Source of the DNA: Eledone cirrhosa | Lineage: Eukaryota | Reading direction: 5' to 3' | Assembly (NCBI GenBank): GCA_964016885.1 | Contig: OZ024746.1 | Coordinates: 58,590,001-58,654,000 of the forward strand | Length of the DNA stretch: 64,000 nt | In this document: piece after piece, positions 13,027 through 23,461 of the stretch | Layout: each line of letters opens with the position of its first letter | How positions within the stretch are numbered: position 1 is the first letter of the stretch | Notes under the pieces: model-generated | The model's database searches: none | What the model saw: only the letters and a program-made list of their open reading frames with translations | What the model was told of the DNA's origin: nothing | Program-made: the position numbers and the translations under genes

Positions 13027-13089
13027 TATATGACTTTTTAGTCCAGCCAGCGGTACAAAAATTATACTTGTGACAATTATTGACACATA

Positions 13090-13545
13090 GTGCTGGGCTC
13101 ATGATACCATGTGACGTCAAGTGCAGAGAGATCTCCAGATATAAAGCAATGCCTGTGCCGTGAAGCTTTTATAGTGAGCAAAGGCACTGCACAAAGCCAA
13201 TCCCACGCTCTTAACCAAGATGATATTTACCAAAAAGAAGAACAAGTCAACATCATTCGATACCATCAGGGTTGCAGGTGTTATATCAGAGTTTTCCTTC
13301 TCCTAGAATTCTGCCTTGACAAAGCCTAAAGGGTCATCTCTCCCGGTGATTTTGGACTGCCATTGACTCTTAAGAGCTCCTTTGCCCTTTGAGAGGTTTT
13401 AATTTTAGTCCTGCAGGATGTCCAAAGTCACCCTCCTCACCAAGAAAACTTGGTGGGGTTGCCAGTTTAGTCGCCAACGACCCGACCATGAGACAGGTTG
13501 TACTGGGATACATTTTGGCAGTAGCACCAACTGGTGACCTGACAT
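13090..13545 (-). mobile_element. 5' region of an RTE/BovB-like LINE or a derived non-autonomous element
   Basis: Reverse complement contains cgactaaactggcaaccccaccaag..cttggtgaggaggg and ctaggagaaggaaaactctgatataa. Homologous to 58560-58960 (+). Starts at a (CATA)n tract. The RTE assignment is from recall. Confidence 0.5.
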
Positions 13546-13645
13546 ACATACATACATACATACATACATACATACATACATACATACATGCATATATATA
13601 TTACTCTTTTACTGTTTTACTCTTTTCCCTGTTCCAGCCATCCGG

Positions 13646-13727
<82 letters not shown>

Positions 13728-13789
13728 TGGTGTATAAATATATACATATATATATATATGTGTATATATATATACACATACATACACAC

Positions 13790-13881
<92 letters not shown>

Positions 13882-13904
13882 TTATACATATAAATATATA
13901 CATA

Positions 13905-13935
<31 letters not shown>

Positions 13936-14015
13936 TTATATATATAGTAATATCTTTTAATAAATATGTGTATATATATGTATATGTATATATATAAATA
14001 ATATATATATACATG

Positions 14016-14046
<31 letters not shown>

Positions 14047-14072
14047 GTATATATATATACATATATATATAC

Positions 14073-14112
<40 letters not shown>

Positions 14113-14117
<5 letters not shown>

Positions 14118-15955
14118 ATAAAACGAAAAATAAGTGATGCATCTGAACTCAATTTATTGTGTCTTACAATTGTTTCGCCGGCGGAGAGCTCGAGACGCTA
14201 TCATTGTGTGAATCTGTCTGATTCTGGACTCACAGGTTCGACGGACACGTCTAATGATTTCGGAGCATATTCTTCCACTGGGGTATCTGACCCTGTGAGC
14301 CAGTACTGTCAAAAACTTCATCCTTTACGCGCGTCCAGTGATTGGCCGCTGCTTGCCTACGTCATCATAAATACTGACCACAGGTATTATTTCGCCGTCG
14401 CATGTCTGCTACACTTCAATGAATTACTGCTGTGTTTGGGAGTCCACACATCCACGCGCGCACTCACACACACACACACACGCACGCACACGCACACACA
14501 CACACATAACCAGATAGATACCGACAGTCGTACGCATAGACTCCCGCTATACCCACACATTAAGGATAACATATAAATATATAAACATACGCATACATTC
14601 ATCCAGAGAGGCACGTATATACATAGACACATGCCCACAGGCCTATATACATAAACACGCAGACGCACATGCTCATACACATGCATACGCGTATGTATAC
14701 ACGTACACACAAACACGTACAGACATGTACGTGGACCAACCCCCACCCCACCCCACCCACACACACACACACACATATATACACACGTACCCATATACAC
14801 ACGCACAGATACACACTCGCTCGTTGATCTATCCGAGGCCATGGAGATAGTCAGACTGAAGGATGATGCGGTCAACCTGAAATCAGAAATAATGATGACC
14901 TGCCGACACCAGGGAAAGTGCATACTCTCCGCATGGAATCCACCGGCCAGCCTAAGCTAAAAGCAGGCGGCGGAGCTCACGCCGACCAAAGCGGCGAAAC
15001 GGGTCAAGAGGTCAGTCACCATACCCTGTTGACCATATATGCCCCGTGGGGTAAGCCGAAGTAACCCAGGTTGCCCACCCGACTGTGCACGTCACCGTAG
15101 GCTAGAACATCACCTGAGCCGGGACAGGTTGACCTGGATTCCATTGATATTCGGTCAAATGCCTTATACCAATAAGACACTATACCACAACCACAGTGAC
15201 ATACTCTAGTATGGCACGTCCACGCACCCCACTGTAGGTGTATCTTTTCAATAGAGAGTGCATACCCACCATGTATTCCTTTTTGTAACACCTAACGCAT
15301 TTTCTGTATTAAGACCGACGTCTGTATCTCATACTTATCTTGTGGACTACCTCATATGCATACACGTTCCTTCTGTTTTTTTATATATATTCTGTACGCA
15401 TTTTCATTGTACGGTCTGAGCATATTATGTACTGTAATACCATGAACGCCCATTATGTGGCCTCGCGTGAAGATTCCATACGTGGATTGATCCATGTTCG
15501 CAACGTAACAACATCTCTGTAGACACATACAACTGGGCGGACCCTTTCATGTATAGAACACTGTGTATCTCTATGTGCCGTTATATGTATATTTTTAATA
15601 TTTTTAATATTGTTAATATTTTTAATATATTTTATATTTTATATTTTGTTATATATATGTATATGCGTATGTGTATGCATATCTATATATATATGTTTAT
15701 GTACGTATTTTTTATATGTGTACATGTTTATAACTAGATGCATCCTTTCATCTTTATATGACTGTGTGTGTATATTCTGTTTATGTGTATATATATATGT
15801 ATATATATATATATACATATGTATAATATTATTATTTTTCTTATGTATTTTTTAGGCGTGTGTGTGTGGGAATATGCGCATATTTGTAGGAGTGTATATG
15901 GGCCTGTGAGTGTGTGTGTGTGTGTACAAGCACCCCTGTAGGGAAAGGGCTTGTT

Positions 15956-16017
<62 letters not shown>

Positions 16018-16358
16018 TGTTAACGAGCGGGTGTGTATCTGTGCGTCTATATATGGGTGTGTAAATATGTGTGTGTGTGCGTGGGTGGGGGGTCCACGTA
16101 CATGTCGGTACGTGTTGGCGTGTACGTGTATGCATGTGTATGAGCATGTGTGTGTGCGTGTTTATGTATATAGGCCTGTGGGCATGTGTCTATGTATATA
16201 CGTGCCTCTCTGGATGAACGTATGCGTATGTTTATATATTTATATGTTATCCTTAATGTGTGGGTATAGCGGGAGTCTATGCGTACGACTGTCGGTATCT
16301 ATGTGGTTGTGTGTATGTGGTTGTGTGTGTGTGGGGGGGGGGGGGGGGGGGTGCGTGT

Positions 16359-16435
<77 letters not shown>

Positions 16436-16799
16436 TGTGTGTGCGCGCGCGTGGATGTGTGGAGTACCAAACACAGCAGTAATCCATTGAAGTGTAGCAG
16501 ACATGCGACGGCGAAATAATACCTGTGGTCAGTATTTATGATGACGTAGCCAACCAGCGGCCAGTCACTGGACGCGCGTAGAAAGTTAAGTTTTTGACAG
16601 TACTGGCCCACAGGGTTAGATACCCCAGTGGAAGAATATGCTCCGAAATCATTAGACGTGTCCGTCGAACCTGTGGGTCCAGAATCAGACAGATCCACTC
16701 AATGATCGCGTCTCGAGCTGTCCGCCGGCGAAACAATTGTAACACACAATAAATTGAGTTCAGATGCATCACTTATTTTTAGTTTTATATTATATCATA
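14113..16799 (+). mobile_element. 5'-truncated Penelope-like element (Naiad-like C-terminus) preceded by an inverted copy of its 3' end (arms 14113-14825 and 16022-16799)
   Basis: About 700-bp inverted arms with mirror ORFs in the track. The ORF remnant starts right at the inversion junction. The right arm ends with GAAA-caattg-TA (HHR 3' half). Confidence 0.65.
14826..14960 (+). pseudogene. C-terminal fragment of a PLE protein (GIY-YIG end)
   Basis: DLSEAMEIVRLKDDAVNLKSEIMMTCRHQGKCILSAWNPPASLS* matches the LxExxxI...LNx(R/K)SE...CRHxxKxxL terminus I recall for Naiad-type PLEs. Confidence 0.55.
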
Positions 16800-16879
16800 T
16801 TCTGCTCTGCAAGAGCATAGAGTGCTCAACCGGCATACCGCCTATGGAAGCATCTTAGCTACCATCATACACACACACA

Positions 16880-16968
<89 letters not shown>

Positions 16969-16971
16969 ACG

Positions 16972-17021
<50 letters not shown>

Positions 17022-17061
17022 CGAGGAAGTTATAGTTCACTTGAAGCATTGTGTAATGAGG

Positions 17062-17476
17062 TATAAACGTTTGTATATGTATAATAAAGCCAAAACAATG
17101 CAGTTATGGACATAGAATGAAGAATGAAAATGCAAAAGATGTTGTTGACAATTAGTCTTTTACCTTAGATTTATTTAAATGTCCTTAATTTTCGATATAA
17201 TGTCTTTTCTTCGGAGGGAAGTAAAGCGGTTAAACAAGTGTTCTAAATAGCTTGCCAAGTCATGCTGACAGGAAATAGCATGACTTGGCAAGCTATTTAG
17301 AACACTGGTTTAACCGCTTTACTTCCCTCCGAAGAAGAGATATTATCTCGAAAATTAAGGAAATTTAAATAAATCTAAGGTAAAAGACTAATTGTCAACA
17401 ATATCTCTTTTACATTTGCATTCTTTATTCTATATCCATACCTGCATTGTTTTGGCTTTATTATACATATACAAAC

Positions 17477-17483
<7 letters not shown>
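17062..17483. mobile_element. Fold-back element K (about 205-bp arms) with an HHR-like motif in each arm
   Basis: Inverted repeat centred near 17272 (gccaagtcatgct...agcatgacttggc). The right end abuts (TA)n. Confidence 0.85.
17323..17362 (+). ncRNA. Minimal hammerhead motif with variant core CCGAAGA (mirror about 17183-17220 on minus strand)
   Basis: ttccct-CCGAAGA-a gagatattatctc-GAAA-at-TA-aggaa; weak stem I; CCGAAGA present in both arms. Confidence 0.5.
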
Positions 17484-17528
<45 letters not shown>

Positions 17529-17709
17529 AGGGTATTTTCAAAACAGCGAGTTGGTTTGAAATTATTAGAAATGTAAGCTATCTCCGTATTTTGACTAAAG
17601 AAATTAAAGAAATTATTCTGCCTGATAGTAAGGTTGAGAACCCTCGGAGAAATGGAAAAAGATGTATTGACGTACATGGGAGTGGAACCTACATCTTTGG
17701 TTATCCGGA

Positions 17710-17737
<28 letters not shown>

Positions 17738-17741
<4 letters not shown>

Positions 17742-17932
17742 CGAAGGAAATGTGGTAAGAAACCAGGTGGACCATAACGCACCAAAGTACTCATAACTTA
17801 GGGTAGTAGAGTGGGTAATAGGAAGGAGTAGGACCCCGACGGCTGAGCTCAAGCCGTTTCGACGGCTAATTCTGGACTTCCAGAATTAGCCGTCGAAACG
17901 GCTTGAGCTCAGCCGTCGGGGTCCTACTCGTT

Positions 17933-17937
<5 letters not shown>
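17738..17937. mobile_element. Family B fold-back: perfect 51-bp arms (17826-17876 and 17879-17929) made of HHR 3' halves
   Basis: GAAA-cggct tgagctc agccg-TC-gggg on both strands around a 2-nt centre. The left arm extends about 85 bp further. (TA)n on both sides. Confidence 0.85.
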
Positions 17938-17967
<30 letters not shown>

Positions 17968-18865
17968 ATAATAATAAATTTGAAGACTAAAATCCAAAGA
18001 AGGCTCGATAAGGATATATATATATATATATATATATATAGGACGTATACCATTTCGAAGTCATGGTTTGTTTTATACCTTTAGATCATACACTTGTGGC
18101 TAATAAAAAATGGTATATTCGTTTATTATCCTTAAATTAGCTCACCAAGGAAAAGTATTATTGTTTACATTATAATAAGAAAAATTACTAAAAATAAAAT
18201 AAAAAAACCCTCAGTATTGGAATTATTTGTTTGGCATTTCAGATAAAGCAGTTTTATGAAACAAACAGCATGTTCGACATAAATGTTACACAGAGATTTA
18301 TCCTACAGAGAATTACATATCCATATTAATGTCCTTGGAATTTTAAAATTAATACTGTAATAACGTAGGTGTTTATTAATATTTCAGGATTTCTCATTCA
18401 GATAATTTTTTTTTCAATACTATCGTATTATATATACATTAATATTAATACATAAATATAAAATATATAATTATAACATAAAAAAATAAATATAATATGA
18501 ATTTATAAATACAAATTATTGATGGATTGGTCCTTAATTTGATTGGACTTGTATAGAAGAAGAATATAAATGTAAAATCATGCATAAACTGAATAAATGT
18601 AATGAATATAGTAATAGTATGACCTATTGAAACACACACGCATATATATATATACATATATATATTTATTTATTTAGGTTTGTTGGTTCACCACTGGATA
18701 GAATTGGTCATTCCGTATAGTCAATCTCGATTTAATATTATGGAGAGTACTCAACGTAATGCAGCTCACCCGTCTTCGTTTGTGTAGTTGGTGGTGCGAG
18801 TACGGAGTTAATTATTATAATAAAATAACAAGAGGCGACTTGTGTAACTCCTTGAAAGGTTTATT

Positions 18866-18923
18866 ATACTATGATCATTTCAATGATCGGATTCCGTATG
18901 AATCCGGTGATATCATCAGGTAT
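18866..18923 (-). ncRNA. Type I hammerhead ribozyme motif
   Basis: Reverse complement: atac-CTGATGA-tatcaccggattcatacggaatccgatcatt-GAAA-tgatca-TA-gtat; palindromic TGATCA stem III. Lies in a roughly 280-bp insert between TA tracts (18675-18950). Confidence 0.75.
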
Positions 18924-18950
18924 TCGAAATATAACAAAGGAATATAACAG

Positions 18951-18992
<42 letters not shown>

Positions 18993-19066
18993 ATGTGTGT
19001 GTGTGTGTTTGTTTGTATGTGTGTCTGCTTGCGTGTGTGTGTGTGCATATATATATATATATATAT

Positions 19067-19168
19067 ATTCAATATTAACGCCAAAATGTGAGTCATGTTA
19101 CTCTGGACTTTCGCCTATTCATCACAGGCGAAACTCCAGAGTAGCAAGACTTACATTTTGGTCTTAAT

Positions 19169-19176
<8 letters not shown>
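19067..19176. mobile_element. Small fold-back of two HHR 3' halves
   Basis: ttcaatattaa...ttactctggactttcgcct attcatcac aggcGAAActccagagTAgcaagac...ttaatattgaa between (TA)n tracts. Confidence 0.75.
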
Positions 19177-19259
<83 letters not shown>

Positions 19260-19261
<2 letters not shown>

Positions 19262-19696
19262 GATTTTAAACAAATGGAAACTATATTTATAAAACCATAT
19301 TTATTTCATTATACATATTTCGGGGATACCATATAAAAAATATGGCATGCCTTCGTCAGATAAAATACAATATATAAACAGTTTTATAAATAATTTTGAC
19401 GTACCATAAATATGAGCGACCATTATGTAGGAAGCTGGTCGCTCATATGGTCGCTCATATTTATGGTACGTCAAAATTATTTATAAAACTGTTTATATAT
19501 TGTATTTTATCTGACGAAGGCATGCCATATTTTTAATATGGTATCCCCGAAATATGTATAATGAAATAAATATGGTTTTATAAATATAGTTTCCATTTGT
19601 TTAATATCATATATCTACTCCAAAAACTTGTCGAGTGCTTTATATCAGTTATAAAATATTTACTTGTTGTAACCCAACAATTTTAAATAAAACTTT

Positions 19697-19700
<4 letters not shown>
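19260..19700. mobile_element. Family G fold-back element (about 165-bp arms plus about 90-bp right-arm extension) with an HHR in each arm
   Basis: Inverted repeat centred near 19430, with a duplicated tggtcgctcata at the junction. (TA)n on both sides. Confidence 0.85.
19503..19568 (+). ncRNA. Type I hammerhead ribozyme motif (mirror about 19304-19366 on minus strand)
   Basis: tattttat-CTGACGA-aggcatgccatatttttaatatggtatcccc-GAAA-tatg-TA-taatgaaata. Confidence 0.7.
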
Positions 19701-19733
<33 letters not shown>

Positions 19734-19843
19734 ATAATAATAAAATTGCAGCGATTCTTTGCTTCAACTTTAATCTGTTATTTTAATAAATATATATATA
19801 TATATATAATATAAGATCAAAAGATGGTTAAAAGAGTTCCAAG

Positions 19844-19914
19844 TATTTTATTATGCGCATTTCAAAAACAAATGTCCTCATGGGATGATATCTGCGTTCT
19901 CATCAGATAAAATA
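19844..19914 (-). ncRNA. Type I hammerhead ribozyme motif at the end of a PLE-like 3' fragment (about 19735-20315, minus strand)
   Basis: Reverse complement: tattttat-CTGATGA-gaacgcagatatcatcccatgaggacatttgttttt-GAAA-tgcgca-TA-ataaaata; 8-bp stem I; palindromic TGCGCA stem III. Confidence 0.8.
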
Positions 19915-20647
19915 GGGAGACATGATGTGAAGCTTAAAAAACACTTGTGAATAGTGAAGTTTTAAATCAACATATGAAAAATAAGTTAAGAAGGATGTAT
20001 GAGATTGGGAAACAGTGAAGGGGGGTTGGAAAATGTAAGGAATAGAAAGAAATATGAGTAAAGGATGGTGGGGGAGGAGTATAAGAAAGAAGAATGAGAG
20101 AGGAGGAGAGATGGGTGATAGAGAGAGAGAGATAGCCTTTACAACTGAGAAAAAATATTGTCTCACAGAGAGAAGTTAAAAACCCGTTGGAAGATAATAG
20201 ATAATTTAAAAGATTTTGAAATTAAAAGTTAATGAGGTTTATGCATGAAGAAAAAGGAATTAAGAGTAGTATTAAATTAAGATTTGTATATTGAAGGGTT
20301 TAATAACTCATCTCCTACATATATATATATATATATATTCATCCTTAATAATATTGACTATTAAAAGTCGATATTTATATATATATATATGTGTGTGCGT
20401 GTGTGTATGTGTCGTATGTGTGTATATATGTATGTATATACACTGACTATACCTCCAGAAAACAAGAGGTTTGGGCCTTGAAAGCTATATGTATATATAA
20501 ATACACACACACACACACACGCATGCACATGCACACCTACGCACACATACAAACACACACACATGTATATATGTATATATATATATATATATATACATGT
20601 GTGTGTGTGTGTATGTGTGTGCGTGCGTGTGGGTGTGTGTGTGTGTG

Positions 20648-20702
<55 letters not shown>

Positions 20703-20709
<7 letters not shown>

Positions 20710-20984
20710 AAGAATGAAGAGTAACATGGTTGGCTGTACAACAAGGGGCTTTATTTAAGGTATTGACAATTGTTTCATTGATCAGGTGAGTCTAGAGGTC
20801 GCTAATCGCTCGAATGTCACTCTGATTTGTTGGTCAGTGGTAAAAAAATGTAATGGAGATGGTGTGATGCATCTTGGAGCGATTAGCGACCTCTAGACTC
20901 ACCTGATCAATGAAACAATTGTCAATACCTGAAATAAAGCCATTATTGTACAGCCAACCATGTTACTCCTCATTCTTTCACTAT
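20703..20984. mobile_element. Fold-back element Q (about 108-bp arms, about 65-bp spacer) with an HHR-like 3' half
   Basis: Arms 20703-20810 and 20877-20984; CTGATCAatGAAAcaattgTC in each arm; flanked by (TA)n. Confidence 0.8.
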
Positions 20985-20991
20985 ATATATT

Positions 20992-21083
<92 letters not shown>

Positions 21084-21473
21084 TGTGTGTGTGTAAGAAT
21101 ATATATGATACATATCTTTTGGTATGAATAAATATATGCGTATGAAACATGAACATGTGTGTTTGCTAATCATACCTACATTATACTGGGAACAGCAATT
21201 TCACTGATTTTCACATCTAAGACAATCTACATACTATGTGGGTCCTCAAGGCTCGGACCATATGTACGTCTCTATTCTTTCTGAGGCAAATTGACCGAGT
21301 GTGTAAATCGACAGTGAGGATGGTTTACGTTATTCATTCTGGATCTCTGGGCTGTGTGGTTCAGTTCCGTCGAGATCATAGCAATTCATATTTTCCAGAT
21401 CGATGAATAATGTGTCAGTCCTGTACTAGAGTCTACTTTTCATAGACCCCTTATTCTCAGTTTTACTGTTCCG

Positions 21474-21560
<87 letters not shown>

Positions 21561-22094
21561 TCTCTCTCTCTCTCTCTCTGCAAAACATTGACTGTATTCA
21601 GACCTTCAGAAGAATGGGTGTCACTAGGATTAAATACACAAGATACTTCTTATGTCACGAAGACATTCTTACTAACCGTTAGAATTTTAAGTCCGAGTAT
21701 GGATGGGTAAACAGCGAGATTCAGAAGATTCTCAAACAATACAATCTATAAATGAAAAGGGTTATGTACATAATCCTCTCGTCCATCTCTCAAAAGTTGT
21801 ATATTTTTTGCGTTATGAAGGCGAGTAAATATGGGATTACGTTGTCTGGTGTAACATCGTAAACTCGTGTGTTCGCTTCCCGAATCGGACAGCATGTCGT
21901 GCCCTTTTTTTTTAGGAAGACACTTTATTTTTTCCTGTTGCCCCAATGATTCAGGTGGCCAAAATTGGTTCGAGCTATTATTCTAAGAGCCAGAGCTTTC
22001 AGACGTTATATTATGTTTAATCTTTCCGAGAATTACACTAATTTGTCACCTCTTTGAGGAATATTCAACTATTTACATTATAATACATGATAGA

Positions 22095-22195
22095 CTGTAC
22101 GTTATGGTTTGACGTTGAGGTCTACGTTATGATTTGACGTCATGAGATTTACGTTATGGTTTGACGTCATGAGGTTTACGTTACGTTTTGACGTG
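22095..22195 (+). repeat. About 26-bp minisatellite (about 4 copies) continuing into a SINE family 1 3' body
   Basis: tacgttatggtttgacgtcatgag units, followed by gtgtctgtg...tgcatgttgatttcatgagcagtctgtttcgttg...aactggaagactcc, similar to 600-700. Confidence 0.65.
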
Positions 22196-22653
22196 TCTGT
22201 GAAATACTCCGACATTTGCATGTTGATTTCATGAGCAGTCTGTTTCGTTGTTTGAACAACTGGAAGACTCCTCCTTGAAACAGAAAGATGTCCAATCAGT
22301 TTGAGCCTAACAATTTAGCTCAACCTTTTGGTTCCCCACAGGATTCCTGCAGTTCCATGTCCATTTCTCGTATATATTCTGAATCTTAGCTACTATAATG
22401 CACATTAAATGATAATCGTTGTCTGAAAAACTGTTTAAAATACTAACAGGATAAACAAATAAAGCATTACACTTGTATGACAGTATAATCTGATGTAGTG
22501 CGTCTAGGTAAGATTTGCTTGTTATTGCTACTTAATTTGGCAAGATAACAGAGATATCAAGAGTCACAATATGTAGGAAAATTAATGCAAAAGCCAATCT
22601 AACCTATCTATTTATTTCTCTAACACTCCCACTGTCTCTAGCTTCTCACACGG

Positions 22654-22743
<90 letters not shown>

Positions 22744-23204
22744 AAAGAATAGAGGTGTAACACACAAGTTATTATATATTGGTAAACGGAATAGAAAATG
22801 CTGACAAATTGTTCACAGTTGAAAAATGGTTTAATTAGGAATAAAAGAGTATTAGTGATTGTATGGGTTAGTATTCAGTTGTGGTTTTAAGTTTTTAAGT
22901 TTTTACCGGTTGCGCATTTCTAAATGCTTTTCAAAAATAATTTTGAGATAGAGTGTCCGTGCTGTTTGCTCTGATCTGATTAGTTTTGGGAATTCTACCT
23001 GTTTTTATGTTAAAAAAGTGGCTCCAGCGTTATTTTTGTGTTGCAAAAATGCTTGTGGTCAAAACAATTTTGATTGGTCGGTAGAGGTCATGTGAATGTA
23101 AAAAGTTGATTTTGCGCCAAGACTGTTTTTATGTTAAAAAAGTGGCTCCAGCAAAAATTCTTGGTCAAAACAATTTTGATTGGTCGGTAGAGGTCATGTG
23201 GATA

Positions 23205-23290
23205 AAAAACTTAAAAACTTAAAAACTTAAAAACTTAAAAACTTAAAAAAAACTTAAAAAAACTTTTTAAAAAATTAAAAACTTAAAACC
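23205..23290 (+). repeat. (AAAACTTA)n 8-mer tandem run at the pLTR inversion junction
   Basis: aaaaacttaaaaacttaaaaactt..., about 9 partly imperfect copies, against about 2.5 copies in the inverted pLTR (22885-22905). Confidence 0.85.
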
Positions 23291-23461
23291 ACAACTGAAT
23301 ACTAACCCATACAATCACTAATACTCTTTTATTCCTAATTAAACCATTTTTCAACTGTGAACAATTTGTCAGCATTTTCTATTCCGTTTACCAATATATA
23401 ATAACTTGTGTGTTACACCTCTATTCTTTTAACTATAATATCCTCACACGAGATACAGAAA

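Noticed and set aside
16535-16580. SECIS element in the Naiad-like 3' region
   Set aside because: ATGA..AA..GA letters are present but the helix and quartet geometry are unconvincing by eye.
23355-23380. Hammerhead in the Neptune pLTR (gtgaacaatttgtcagcattt)
   Set aside because: Only a 3'-half-like motif; no CUGANGA with a matching stem I was found.
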